This document shows, piece after piece, positions 1-9,205 of a stretch of 24,000 nucleotides of DNA. A program made the translations under genes and the position numbers. Below the pieces are notes generated by a model. The model searched no databases. It had not been told where the DNA came from and saw nothing but the letters and a program-made list of their open reading frames with translations. The DNA comes from Candidatus Woesearchaeota archaeon. Its GTDB lineage: Archaea > Nanobdellota > Nanobdellia > Woesearchaeales > ARS49. Positions within the stretch are counted from its first letter, which is position 1. Every line of letters begins with the position of its first letter. The stretch is from contig JAHWHZ010000001.1 in assembly GCA_019322895.1 (NCBI GenBank), forward strand, positions 246,845 through 270,844, read 5' to 3'.

Positions 1-1
1 T

Positions 2-889
2 AATCTGCCTCTGCCACAGATTGAAGAAGTGACTCGCGCCAATAGAAAGATAGGAATAGGTGTCATGGGCTGGGCAGACATGCTTTACCAGTTAAGAATC
101 CCTTATAATTCTGATGAAGCAGTGCAGCTGGCAGAAAAAGTGATGAAGTTTGTAGATGAAGAGATAAAGATAGCATCAGAAGAGCTTGCAGCAAAGAGAG
201 GGCCTTTTCCAAATATTCGCAAGAGCATCTACAAGAATTCAACTCCAATCAGGAATGCTGCAAGGACAACTATTGCTCCTACCGGCACAATCAGCATGAT
301 TGCAGACTGCTCATCTGGCATTGAGCCTATGTTCTCAATAGCATATGTCAAGAAAGTGATGGAAGGCAAAGAACTGGTTTACATCAATCAGCATTTCAAG
401 GATGCAGTGAGAGACGCTGGAATCTTTTCTGAAGAGCTGATACAGAAAGTCACCAATAAAGCATCTATACAAGATGTTGAAGAGATTCCTGAGGATTTGA
501 GAAAAGTGTTTGTTACTGCATTTGACATAACACCTGAATGGCATGTCAAGATGCAGGCTGCTTTCCAGAAATACACGAATAATGCAGTCAGCAAGACAGT
601 CAATTTCCCAAATAAAGCAACAACAGCAGAAGTTGAACAAGTATACATGCTTGCTTATGATACTGGCTGCAAAGGCGTTACTGTCTACAGAGATGGCAGC
701 AGGGAAGGACAGATTCTTAATGTCAATACAGAAAAGAAAGGCGACGAAGAAGAAGAGGAAAAAGAAGAAGCAAAAGGAAGCAAGGGCAAGTTTGATGAAA
801 AGAATTGTCCTGAATGCAAGAGTGCAATGGTTTTCAGCGAGGGCTGCTCAACCTGCCCTTCTTGCGGATATTCAAAATGTAGCTTATAA
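2..889 (+). CDS. nrdJ: C-terminal part of adenosylcobalamin-dependent (class II) ribonucleotide reductase, 5' truncated by the window edge
   Basis: The frame is open from base 2 (NLPLPQIEEVTRANRKIGIGVMGWADML...). Motifs NAARTTIAPTGTISMIADCSSGIEP, NFPNKATTAEVEQVYMLAYDTGCKGVTVYRDGSR and a C-terminal CPEC...CPSCGYSKCS tail are typical of class II RNR. Confidence 0.92.
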   Translation, partial: NLPLPQIEEVTRANRKIGIGVMGWADMLYQLRIPYNSDEAVQLAEKVMKFVDEEIKIASEELAAKRGPFPNIRKSIYKNSTPIRNAARTTIAPTGTISMIADCSSGIEPMFSIAYVKKVMEGKELVYINQHFKDAVRDAGIFSEELIQKVTNKASIQDVEEIPEDLRKVFVTAFDITPEWHVKMQAAFQKYTNNAVSKTVNFPNKATTAEVEQVYMLAYDTGCKGVTVYRDGSREGQILNVNTEKKGDEEEEEKEEAKGSKGKFDEKNCPECKSAMVFSEGCSTCPSCGYSKCSL

Positions 890-892
890 AAG

Positions 893-1486
893 ATGGCTCC
901 AAACAGGTTAGGCCTGGTGCAGGTTTACACAGGCAATGGAAAAGGAAAAACATCTGCTTCATTAGGTCTTAGCCTCCGGGCTATTGGCCAAGGTTTTTCC
1001 ACATATGTAATTCAGTTCATGAAATCAGGGGATTCTGGAGAATTATTCAGTGTCAAAAAATACATCCCTAATTTCAAGATTGCTCAGTTTGGCAAGGATG
1101 CCTTACTAGACAAGCAGATGAAGATGTTTGAGTTTGACGGCAAAGGCAAACTGGAAGGAACTGATGGCAGATTCCTTTTTCTGCCAGACACTGCTGAAAA
1201 AGAGCCTGCAAGAAGAGCTTTAGAGCATGCATCTAATGTAATAAATTCAGGCAAGTATGACTTGATTGTGCTTGATGAAATAAACTGCGCACTTGATAAA
1301 GGCCTTATTGAAGTTGATGCAGTGCTTAAGCTGCTCAATGAAAAGCCAGAGAATGTTGAGATAATACTCACTGGCAGGAATGCTCCTGCAGAGATAGTTG
1401 AAAAAGCAGATTACGTAAGCGAGATAAAAGAGATAAAGCATCCCTGGAGCCAGGGCATTGGCGCCAGAAGAGGCATTGAATACTAA
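893..1486 (+). CDS. cobO: Cob(I)alamin adenosyltransferase, CobO/BtuR family
   Basis: VQVYTGNGKGKTSASLGLSLRAIGQG P-loop and KYDLIVLDEINCAL...LTGRNAP...ADYVSEIKEIKHPWSQGIGARRGIEY C-terminus. Starts 4 nt after the RNR stop. Confidence 0.92.
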   Translation: MAPNRLGLVQVYTGNGKGKTSASLGLSLRAIGQGFSTYVIQFMKSGDSGELFSVKKYIPNFKIAQFGKDALLDKQMKMFEFDGKGKLEGTDGRFLFLPDTAEKEPARRALEHASNVINSGKYDLIVLDEINCALDKGLIEVDAVLKLLNEKPENVEIILTGRNAPAEIVEKADYVSEIKEIKHPWSQGIGARRGIEY

Positions 1487-1529
1487 AAATATAAATATCA
1501 CCTATACTTTTCTTTATTTGGGGGTTAGA

Positions 1530-2195
1530 ATGTCAGAAGATTCTAAAGAAGTGAAAATAACTTATGAGACCTTGTACGAGATACTTCGCAGGGAAAAAAG
1601 CAAGGATGAACTGCAGAAGCTGGATGAATCTTTTTTTCGCGATGTTCTTGAATATCTTAAAGAAAAGGCGAATATGATAAAAGATGCTGCTGGCAAGCTT
1701 GACATGTTTTCTGTTGAAGAGCAGGAAAGTACGCAGAAACAGCTGAACAATGTCCGGAGAATCCTTAAGGAATTGTATGAAAGAAGGGAAAAAAAGATCA
1801 TGGAGATGGCATTGAACAAATCAAAGACAAATTCTAATATTATTGATACAACAAATCTGCTTGCAAAAGAGCATGAGCTATATAATCGTATTGTACAGCA
1901 GTTAGATATGTTCAGGAAAGAGATTTTATTCTCATTGCTTGAGATGAAGACCCCTGTAATTTCAGAGTTCAAGGAGCCAGAGCCTCCTGCTCCTGAACCA
2001 GAACCAACGCCTCCTGAGCCTGCACCAGAGCCAGGACCTTCTAAAGTCAAAGTCAAATTCTTGCAAAAAGTTGAGCAGTTTGTGGGCAAAGAACTGGAGC
2101 TTTACGGCCCTTTTGAGCCAGAAACAACTGCAGAAATTCCTGTGGAGATTGCAGCTATTTTGGTGAATAAAGGCAGTGCTGTGAATGCAGAATAA
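1530..2195 (+). CDS. Archaeal GINS complex subunit (Gins51/Gins15-like)
   Basis: MSEDSKEVKITYETLYEILRREKSKDELQKLDESFFRDVLEYLKEK...RRILKELYERREKKIMEMALNKSKT matches the archaeal GINS15 pattern. It has a Pro/Glu-rich linker and a C-terminal small domain. The start at 1530 is preferred over the ORF-track start at 1458, which overlaps cobO. Confidence 0.75.
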   Translation: MSEDSKEVKITYETLYEILRREKSKDELQKLDESFFRDVLEYLKEKANMIKDAAGKLDMFSVEEQESTQKQLNNVRRILKELYERREKKIMEMALNKSKTNSNIIDTTNLLAKEHELYNRIVQQLDMFRKEILFSLLEMKTPVISEFKEPEPPAPEPEPTPPEPAPEPGPSKVKVKFLQKVEQFVGKELELYGPFEPETTAEIPVEIAAILVNKGSAVNAE

Positions 2196-2204
2196 AAAGG
2201 GCAC

Positions 2205-2298
2205 GTGCATAGCGCCTGCGAAGTTCTCTGGTATACTGCGGTTTAGCATAAATCTGGGTATAGTCAATAACAGAAGCCAAACGAAGCGTGCTATGCAC
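2205..2298 (+). ncRNA. Candidate structured small RNA (possible H/ACA-like guide), unverified
   Basis: Intergenic segment with terminal perfect 9-bp inverted repeat GTGCATAGC (2205-2213) / GCTATGCAC (2290-2298). The 3' arm runs into an ACA trinucleotide (2297-2299). An internal hairpin GGTTTA-GCA-TAAATC is also present. Guide pocket and K-turn not established. Confidence 0.3.
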
Positions 2299-2361
2299 AT
2301 ACTAAAAGGAAAAGCTTTTTAAAGAAATACCTGCTCTGCAGAATAATACGAGGATTATATC

Positions 2362-2676
2362 ATGAAACTACCTAAAACTAAAAGAATGCACTGTCCTAAA
2401 TGCAAGAAGCACACAGAGCACAAGGTCAGCGAAGCAAAGAAAAGAACTCCTAATGCAACGCACCCCCAGAGTTACGGAAGCAAGCTAAGAGCAAGGAAAA
2501 GGGGCGCCTTGGGGCAGGGTTCTAAAGGACGCTATTCTAAGCCAGCTTTGAGCAAATGGAAAATGACTGGAAAAAAGCAGTCTAAAAAGCTGGATTTACG
2601 ATATACTTGCAATGAATGCAAAAAAGCGCACACAGCAGGCAAGGCCTGGCGCGCAAAAAAGGTGGAGTTTAAATGA
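2362..2676 (+). CDS. rpl44e: Ribosomal protein eL42 (L44e/L36ae)
   Basis: MKLPKTKRMHCPKCKKHTEHKVSEAKKRTPNATHPQSYGSKLRARKRG...LRYTCNECKKAHTAGKAWRAKKVEF; zinc-finger cysteines conserved. Confidence 0.96.
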   Translation: MKLPKTKRMHCPKCKKHTEHKVSEAKKRTPNATHPQSYGSKLRARKRGALGQGSKGRYSKPALSKWKMTGKKQSKKLDLRYTCNECKKAHTAGKAWRAKKVEFK

Positions 2677-2858
2677 GCGAGATAAAAGAAACTGTTGCTA
2701 AATTCATAAAGATCAGATGTCCTAAATGTAAGAATGAACAGATTATTTTTGGCAAGGCTTCAACTACAATAAACTGCCTTGTGTGCAGCAAGCCATTGGC
2801 AGAGCCAACTGGCGGCAAAACAAGAGTCAAGGCAAGAGTGCTTGAAGTCCTAGAATAA
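2673..2858 (+). CDS. rps27e: Ribosomal protein eS27
   Basis: FIKIRCPKCKNEQIIFGKASTTINCLVCSKPLAEPTGGKTRVKARVLEVLE; 4-nt overlap with the eL42 gene. Confidence 0.94.
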   Translation: MSEIKETVAKFIKIRCPKCKNEQIIFGKASTTINCLVCSKPLAEPTGGKTRVKARVLEVLE

Positions 2859-2889
2859 ATATTAACCAAGCTAGGGGGGATGTGGTAAG

Positions 2890-3663
2890 GTGCTTTTAAA
2901 GAAAGAGGGGTTTCCAGAAGAAGACGAGCTAGTTCTTTGCACTGTCACAGCTGTCCAGTTTCATTCTGTTTTTGCAACACTTGACGAGTACGGCAAAACA
3001 GGCCTGATTCACATTTCTGAGATTGCTCCAGGGCGAATAAGGAACATAAGGGATTATGTTGTTGAGGGCAAGAAGGTTGTCTGCAAGGTGCTGCGGATTG
3101 ACAAGCAGAAAGGCCACATTGATTTATCATTGAGAAGGGTCAATGAAGCGCAGAAAAGAAAAAAGCTTAATCAGATAAAGCAGGAACAGCTTTCTGAAAG
3201 GATTATTGAGTTTGTTGCAAAAGCAAACAAGCTTAAGTTTGAAGGCTTGTATGACCAGCTTGCTGAAAAAATATTGGATAAATATCCAAGCATGTTTGCT
3301 GCATTTGAGGAAGTTGTAAGCGGTAATCTGGACCTCTCAAAAATTATTGATGCAAAGCTTGCAAAACAGCTCACTGAGCAGATTACGCAAAGGATAAAGC
3401 CCCCTGAAGTTGAGGTAGGCGGAGAATTGACTTTGTCCTGCCGCGAGCCAAATGGCGTGGAGCTTATCAAGGAAGCCTTGAAAAAAGCAGAAGAGGCTGG
3501 ACCTGCAATAAAATACAAAGGAACCGGCACTTACAGTATCTGGGTCAAGGCAGAGGATTACAAGAGCGCAGAAAAAATATTGAAAAAAGCGCTTGATGCG
3601 ATTGAAAAATTTTCAAAAAAGAACAAGATACAACAGGAATTCAAGAGGATTGAGAAAGATTAA
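2890..3663 (+). CDS. Translation initiation factor aIF2 subunit alpha
   Basis: N-terminal S1 domain: FPEEDELVLCTVTAVQFHSVFATLDEYGKTGLIHISEIAPGRIRNIRDYVVEGKKVVCKVLRIDKQKGHIDLSLRRV. Confidence 0.95.
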   Translation: MLLKKEGFPEEDELVLCTVTAVQFHSVFATLDEYGKTGLIHISEIAPGRIRNIRDYVVEGKKVVCKVLRIDKQKGHIDLSLRRVNEAQKRKKLNQIKQEQLSERIIEFVAKANKLKFEGLYDQLAEKILDKYPSMFAAFEEVVSGNLDLSKIIDAKLAKQLTEQITQRIKPPEVEVGGELTLSCREPNGVELIKEALKKAEEAGPAIKYKGTGTYSIWVKAEDYKSAEKILKKALDAIEKFSKKNKIQQEFKRIEKD

Positions 3664-3811
3664 ACATATACTTAAGTGCAATAAGTGCGAGGCGTATACA
3701 ATGAAAGAGTCCTGCAAGTGCGGGGGCAAGGCAACAACAATTGTTCCTGCAAAATACAGCCCGCAAGACAAGTATGCAGAATACCGCCGAAAGGCAAAAG
3801 GTCTGATATAA
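3659..3811 (+). CDS. nop10: H/ACA RNP protein Nop10 (proposed ATT start)
   Basis: IKHILKCNKCEAYTMKESCKCGGKATTIVPAKYSPQDKYAEYRRKAKGLI matches Nop10. The position equivalent to Met1 is an ATT codon at 3659 overlapping the aIF2-alpha stop. The ORF-track start at 3593 lies inside aIF2-alpha. Confidence 0.85.
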   Translation: MKHILKCNKCEAYTMKESCKCGGKATTIVPAKYSPQDKYAEYRRKAKGLI

Positions 3812-4614
3812 TGGCTATATGGAATATTGAGTTCACTGGAAAAAAACCAAAGCTTACTAATCCTGTGTTTCTTGAGGGTCTGCCAGGCATAGGCAATGTC
3901 GGCAAGCTTGCTGTTGATTTCATAATAGAAGAAATAAAAGCAAAGAAGATTGCAGAATTCACTTCACACAGTTTTCCGCATTCTGTGTTCATCAATGAAG
4001 ATAATCTTGTTGAGCTTCCGACTATTGAAGTATATTACAAGAAGTTCAAGAACAAGAAAAAAGATTTGCTTTTATTGGCAGGGGATGTACAGCCGATTGA
4101 TGAGCAGTCTTGCTATGAGTTTTCCAGCAAGGTCCTGGACATTGCAAAAGATTTCAGCTGCAAGGAAATAGTCACTCTTGGCGGAATTGCAATGAAGACA
4201 GAGCCGAAAAAGCCTGTGGTCTTTTGCACAGGAAATGATAAGGACCTGATTAAGTCTTATAAGAGAAATATGAAGGACATCAATAATAATCTTTACGGCA
4301 CAATAGGCCCGATTATCGGAGTTTCTGGCGTCTTGCTTGGTCTTGCAGGCAGAAGAAATCTGAAAGCAGTATCTTTGCTTGCAGAAACATACGGCCATCC
4401 GATGTATCTTGGAATAAAAGGAACAAAAGAGATTTTGAAGATTCTTAACAAGAGATTCAGCTTAAAGCTTAACTTAAAGACAATTGACAAGGAGATTGCG
4501 GGCATGGACAGCGAGCTGGGCCAGAAAGCACTCACTGCAGCAGAAATTCAAAGAACAAAAGCTATTTCTAAACTAAAGAGCAAGCTTGGCAAGGACTGCA
4601 GGTATATTGGATAG
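3811..4614 (+). CDS. PAC2-family protein (archaeal proteasome assembly chaperone-like)
   Basis: MAIWNIEFTGKKPKLTNPVFLEGLPGIGNVGKLAVDFIIEEIKAKKIAEFTSHSFPHSVF...ETYGHPMYLGIKGTKEILKIL; start overlaps the Nop10 stop. Confidence 0.88.
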   Translation: MAIWNIEFTGKKPKLTNPVFLEGLPGIGNVGKLAVDFIIEEIKAKKIAEFTSHSFPHSVFINEDNLVELPTIEVYYKKFKNKKKDLLLLAGDVQPIDEQSCYEFSSKVLDIAKDFSCKEIVTLGGIAMKTEPKKPVVFCTGNDKDLIKSYKRNMKDINNNLYGTIGPIIGVSGVLLGLAGRRNLKAVSLLAETYGHPMYLGIKGTKEILKILNKRFSLKLNLKTIDKEIAGMDSELGQKALTAAEIQRTKAISKLKSKLGKDCRYIG

Positions 4615-4671
4615 TTTTATTCACCACAACATTTAAAAACAACAATATCAACTTAATTCTAAAAAGGTGAT

Positions 4672-5943
4672 ATGTTGAAGATACTCAAGATTAAGTCTCG
4701 TGAGATACTTGATTCTAGGGGAAATCCTACTGTTGAGACAGAGATACACACAAAAAAAGGCATTTCTAAAGCAAGTGTTCCTTCTGGTGCTTCCACAGGT
4801 ATTCATGAGGCAGTAGAATTAAGGGATGGCGGCAAGAGATATCTTGGAATGGGTGTCTCAAAAGCAGTCAAGAATGTTAATACAACCATTGCAAAAAAAA
4901 TGGTTGGAAAAAGTTTCAATCAAGAATCTGCTGACAAGCTTATGATAAAGCTTGACGGAACTGCAAATAAATCAAAGCTCGGCGCAAATGCAATATTGTC
5001 AGTCAGCATGGCTTTGTGCAAGGCATCTGCTTTGGAAAAAAGAATTCCATTGTACAAGCACATTGCAGAGCTGTTCAACAACAAGAAATTGATTCTTCCA
5101 ATACCTGCATTTAACATAATAAATGGAGGCCAGCATGCTGGAAACCAACTGGAAATCCAGGAATACATGCTGCTGCCAACAAAGGCAAAGAGTTTCAAGG
5201 AAGCGATGCAAATTGGTTCTGAAGTCTATCATGAATTAAAGAAATTGCTTGCAAAAGAATACGGCAAGATTGCAACAAATGTAGGTGATGAAGGAGGCTT
5301 TGCGCCGCCAATGACCTGTTATGAAGAGCCTTTGGATTATATCATGGATGCTGTTGAAGAATTAGGATATTTCAAGAAAATAAAATTAGGCATTGATGCA
5401 GCTGCAACATCTTTCTACAGGAACGGCAAGTATTACCTGGAAGGAAGCGAACTGTCTTCAAATGAATTGATAGATGTTTACATCGAGATGGCAAATGCTT
5501 ACCCTATTGTATCAATAGAAGATCCTTTTGTTGAAGATGATTTTGAATATTTTGCAAAACTGAACAAGAAAATAAAAGGAGTGCAGGTTGTCGGCGATGA
5601 TTTATTGTGCACAAACCCGCAGAGGATACAGAAGGCGATAATAATGGACAGCTGCAATGCGTTATTATTGAAAATCAACCAGATCGGCACAATAACAGAA
5701 GCACTTGACGCAGCAGACATAGTGATGAAGCAGAAATGGAATGTGATGGTCTCTCACAGGAGCGGGGAGACTGATGACAGCTTTATTGCAGACCTTGCAG
5801 TCGGCCTGGGAAACGGGCAGATAAAATCAGGAGCTCCCTGCAGGGGAGAGAGGCTTGCAAAATACAATCAATTATTAAGAATAGAAGAAGAGCTTGGAAA
5901 GAAAGCAAAATATGGAGGCAGGATTACATGGCAAAGAAAATAG
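4672..5943 (+). CDS. eno: Enolase
   Basis: [120 protein letters not shown]. Confidence 0.99.
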   Translation: MLKILKIKSREILDSRGNPTVETEIHTKKGISKASVPSGASTGIHEAVELRDGGKRYLGMGVSKAVKNVNTTIAKKMVGKSFNQESADKLMIKLDGTANKSKLGANAILSVSMALCKASALEKRIPLYKHIAELFNNKKLILPIPAFNIINGGQHAGNQLEIQEYMLLPTKAKSFKEAMQIGSEVYHELKKLLAKEYGKIATNVGDEGGFAPPMTCYEEPLDYIMDAVEELGYFKKIKLGIDAAATSFYRNGKYYLEGSELSSNELIDVYIEMANAYPIVSIEDPFVEDDFEYFAKLNKKIKGVQVVGDDLLCTNPQRIQKAIIMDSCNALLLKINQIGTITEALDAADIVMKQKWNVMVSHRSGETDDSFIADLAVGLGNGQIKSGAPCRGERLAKYNQLLRIEEELGKKAKYGGRITWQRK

Positions 5944-6806
5944 TTTTTGGAGGCACTAATTCAAGGGACCTTGCTAAGAAAATAGCCAAGAAAATAAAAG
6001 CACCTTATGCAGCATTGATAGTTGATCATTTTCCAGACGGCGAGACTTACTTAAGGCTTCCGATAGACGTAAAAAACAAAGAAGTTGTTTTGGTTGAATC
6101 AATGCATCCAAATCCAGATTCTATCATGATTGAAACAATATTTGCAGCGAGGACTGCAAAAGAATTAGGTGCAAAAAAAGTCATAATAGTCGCTCCATAT
6201 CTAGCGTATCTAAGACAAGATAAAAGATTTTATCCAAGGGAGTGCAAGTCAAATACAATAATGTCTGCATTGATGACCTGCGGAGATGAGATAATTGCAG
6301 TTGACCCGCATATTCAAAGGATTAAAAGACTGCAGGATATTTTCAAGATTAAAGCAAAACAATTGACTTCTAACAAGGAAATCGCAAAATACATCAAGAA
6401 GAACATCAAGAATCCTATTATCTTAGGGCCGGATTGGGAAAGCTTCCAGTGGGCTGAAAAGATTGCTAAGATGATCAAGGTTGAAGTTACTGTTTTGAGA
6501 AAAAAAAGATACACTGCAAGGCACGTGAAAATTAAATTAAAGATTAAAAATGGCATAAAAGGCAGGAATGTAGTAATTATAGATGACATTATCAGTTCAG
6601 GGCATACAATGATTGAAGTGATTAAGCAGGCAAAGAAAATGAAGGCAAAATCAATCACTTGCATCGGCGTGCATGGAGTTTTTGCTGAAAACGCCTATAA
6701 AAAGATGAAAAAAGCAGGCGCGACAAAAATAATAACAACAAATACAATCCAGAGACCTACAAGCAAGATAGATATTTCTGGAATCATTGCAGAAGCCTTG
6801 AAATGA
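5928..6806 (+). CDS. prs: Ribose-phosphate pyrophosphokinase
   Basis: [60 protein letters not shown]; overlaps the end of eno. Confidence 0.95.
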   Translation: MAKKIVFGGTNSRDLAKKIAKKIKAPYAALIVDHFPDGETYLRLPIDVKNKEVVLVESMHPNPDSIMIETIFAARTAKELGAKKVIIVAPYLAYLRQDKRFYPRECKSNTIMSALMTCGDEIIAVDPHIQRIKRLQDIFKIKAKQLTSNKEIAKYIKKNIKNPIILGPDWESFQWAEKIAKMIKVEVTVLRKKRYTARHVKIKLKIKNGIKGRNVVIIDDIISSGHTMIEVIKQAKKMKAKSITCIGVHGVFAENAYKKMKKAGATKIITTNTIQRPTSKIDISGIIAEALK

Positions 6807-6871
6807 TGCTTTTTTTCGTATATATTAGATAATAGTTAAATATATAAAGCATCAGCGCTATTTCATGCAAT

Positions 6872-7366
6872 ATGTTAAAACAGACACGCAATATGCTGAA
6901 ATCAGCACCAACTCCAAATGATTTGGACATCGTGCTTCGGGTGGGAAAAAAATATGGCATAGATGAAGCTGTGTCAATATACACTTCAAAGATTTATGTG
7001 AATCACTGGGTTGGCTTGAAATATAAATATGCTAATAATGATGCCTGCAGCCATGTTCTTGGTCCTGACCAGACATACAAGCTTCTGAAAGAATACCGCC
7101 GGGCTGTCTTGATAATCGGCAGCAAGAAAGAGGATTTCAACAAGGCAATCATTGAGATGGAGACGCAGTTAATCAAAGAGGGGCTCTATAAGGCACTGGC
7201 TCTTATCAACAGTCCTTGTGCTTTGTGTAATAAAGAAAAGATTGCAAGGCCTTCTCTTGAATCAGTAGGTATTGACATTCTTGCAACTGTGCGCAAGTTC
7301 AAGAAAAACGTGAAACAACCTGCAATTGGAGAATATCCTCCTTATGCTATAATTCTTACAAGTTAA
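6872..7366 (+). CDS. Predicted metal-binding protein, DUF2284-like
   Basis: CxxC-containing segment CALCNKEKIARPSLESVGIDILATVRKF resembles the RPSxExxGID region of DUF2284 proteins. Confidence 0.6.
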   Translation: MLKQTRNMLKSAPTPNDLDIVLRVGKKYGIDEAVSIYTSKIYVNHWVGLKYKYANNDACSHVLGPDQTYKLLKEYRRAVLIIGSKKEDFNKAIIEMETQLIKEGLYKALALINSPCALCNKEKIARPSLESVGIDILATVRKFKKNVKQPAIGEYPPYAIILTS

Positions 7367-7710
7367 TATGCATCTGCAGGGCAGCAGATCCAGTCAGGAT
7401 ATCTTTCAGGATAATTTGTTGGCGTGCATTTCTCTTGCCTTCTAATTTTCTTTGTTTGTATTCTATATCCATCTGGGCAAGGCTCTTTTCCTGCCCAATC
7501 CCGGTATCCTTTTCTTTCAAATGTTCCTACAATGACTCCTTCAGGATTCCCGCCGACATATGGCCTTTTTTCGCTTATCATCTTCACTGCTCTTCCTGGT
7601 TTGATATTAAATGTTCCAAGGCCTGTTGTGGTGGTATTGAACATAAGAATAAGACTTACTATTGAAATAACAGAAATAACACCTAATACAACTAATGAAA
7701 AAGACTTCAT
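7363..7710 (-). CDS. Small membrane-anchored protein, C-terminal CC motif (cassette member 4)
   Basis: N-terminal TM FSLVVLGVISVISIVSLILMFNTTTTG, then an extracytoplasmic-looking domain ending WICCPADAY. Confidence 0.65.
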   Translation of the reverse strand: MKSFSLVVLGVISVISIVSLILMFNTTTTGLGTFNIKPGRAVKMISEKRPYVGGNPEGVIVGTFERKGYRDWAGKEPCPDGYRIQTKKIRRQEKCTPTNYPERYPDWICCPADAY

Positions 7711-7745
7711 TCACTTCACCGGGTTAATAAAAAAGTTAAAAAAAA

Positions 7746-8153
7746 TTAATATTCGCCTTGTGCGCCAATTAATTGGCATGCGGTGTCTCCAACCCAGTAG
7801 TCTATCTGTTCAGGTTTTGATGCTTCCCTGTTCGGATAGCAAGGTGAAGTGAACGGACTTGTTGATCTTGTTACTGTTGGCTTTACTTGCATTATAGCAG
7901 AACCTGTGTCCCAGTAGCCTGCATAGTAAACCGGCTGTTCATATGTTTCTGGAACGCCTGTTACCCAGCCACCGTAAAGTTCCTGGAACCTATCGGTCTT
8001 TCCGCCTTGGTATAGCTTTGGCTGGCCATACAAGCTGGAAGTGATAGAATACGCTCCGCTCATTGCTCCTTTAAACAGCATCACTAAAGCCACTACTGCA
8101 ATAACTGCAACAATACCCAGTATAACCAATGAAAGGTTTCGCTTTTCATCCAT
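7746..8153 (-). CDS. Small membrane-anchored protein (cassette member 3)
   Basis: MDEKRNLSLVILGIVAVIAVVALVMLFKGAMSGAYS... with cysteines in the C-terminal domain. ATG at 8153 is preceded by GAGGTG; the ORF-track start at 8165 is a GTG inside that motif. Confidence 0.65.
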   Translation of the reverse strand: MDEKRNLSLVILGIVAVIAVVALVMLFKGAMSGAYSITSSLYGQPKLYQGGKTDRFQELYGGWVTGVPETYEQPVYYAGYWDTGSAIMQVKPTVTRSTSPFTSPCYPNREASKPEQIDYWVGDTACQLIGAQGEY

Positions 8154-8221
8154 TTTTTTATTCACCTCAAATTTTTTAATTTGATTTTCTTTTTAAACTA
8201 TATTAAGTATTTAAATCTTTC

Positions 8222-8749
8222 TTAATACGTTGACGTTTGCCTGTCAAAGCAGCACATGCCGCCTTCCCAGCTTGGAGTGCCTTCTGGAAGCAGGTCTAAT
8301 GGTATATATATTGTTGACCTTCCTGCTGCATTTCGATAGTTTCCATAGCATTCTTTTATTGTTCCTTTTAATCTGTCTGCTTCAATCTTTGGATATTCAA
8401 GGCCAAGATCTCCTCTTCCTGATACAAGGCATGACAAGTGAGTTACATACTGGCTTTCTCTTCCTTTCTTGTTGTCCCACACATTTGTGCCTGTCTGTCC
8501 AAGATTTCCTGGCACTTTTCCGTCTACCAAGTATTCGCCGCCTTCTGGTTTAAGCACTCCCAGTGCTTCGCCGTATGGCTTTTGCGCGCCCCACAATGCC
8601 CTTCCTGCATTTGAAACTCTCCAATTCTCCATTTGTGTTGGAGTATTTTCAATGTATACCATTCCTGTGTTTACATTTGAAAGCATCAATACAAAGCTCA
8701 CAAGCGCTACTGCCAATACCACGCTTAAAATGATTGTTTTTTCTTCCAT
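8222..8749 (-). CDS. Small membrane-anchored protein, C-terminal CC motif (cassette member 2)
   Basis: MEEKTIILSVVLAVALVSFVLMLSNVNTGMVY... ending GGMCCFDRQTSTY; GAGGTG just upstream. Confidence 0.65.
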   Translation of the reverse strand: MEEKTIILSVVLAVALVSFVLMLSNVNTGMVYIENTPTQMENWRVSNAGRALWGAQKPYGEALGVLKPEGGEYLVDGKVPGNLGQTGTNVWDNKKGRESQYVTHLSCLVSGRGDLGLEYPKIEADRLKGTIKECYGNYRNAAGRSTIYIPLDLLPEGTPSWEGGMCCFDRQTSTY

Positions 8750-8763
8750 GATTTCACCTCAGC

Positions 8764-9144
8764 TTAAATAACACAGCACACTTGGTCTGTGTTTGTTGCA
8801 TATATGTCAAAATAAGGATAACATTTGTTAAGGTCATTGAACTCTTCTGCACTAAGATATGCTGGGACATCTTTTGCGGAATATTGTTCTCCTGTTACTG
8901 TCAAGATATGGCATGGCTTGCTTGGCCTGACTGCCTTTATTGCATGTCCCCATGCAGGTATCTGATATGCTTTTTCCTGCCCTGGCTCAATAACTGTTCT
9001 AGTATATGCATGTATCATAGACGGCTTGACTGCAAGTCCTGTTGTTCCAGAATTATACATCATAACCAATCCAACAACAGATAACACAGCTACAACTGCC
9101 AGAATTGTTAAAGGTAATCCTTTTTGTAAGTCCATAAATTTCAC
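8764..9144 (-). CDS. Small membrane-anchored protein, C-terminal CC motif (cassette member 1)
   Basis: MKFMDLQKGLPLTILAVVAVLSVVGLVMMYNSGTTGLAVKP... ending TDQVCCVI; GAGGTG just upstream. Confidence 0.65.
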   Translation of the reverse strand: MKFMDLQKGLPLTILAVVAVLSVVGLVMMYNSGTTGLAVKPSMIHAYTRTVIEPGQEKAYQIPAWGHAIKAVRPSKPCHILTVTGEQYSAKDVPAYLSAEEFNDLNKCYPYFDIYATNTDQVCCVI

Positions 9145-9205
9145 CTCAGTTTTTTATCTATATGAGAGGATTATAACAGTTTCTGTATATAAATCTTTTG
9201 TTATT

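Noticed and set aside
7424-9084. Plus-strand ORFs opposite the small membrane-protein cassette (7424-7852, 8230-8553, 8782-9084)
   Set aside because: The minus-strand frames have Shine-Dalgarno motifs and consistent TM-plus-ectodomain architecture. The plus-strand frames are Cys/Phe/Leu-rich antisense artefacts.
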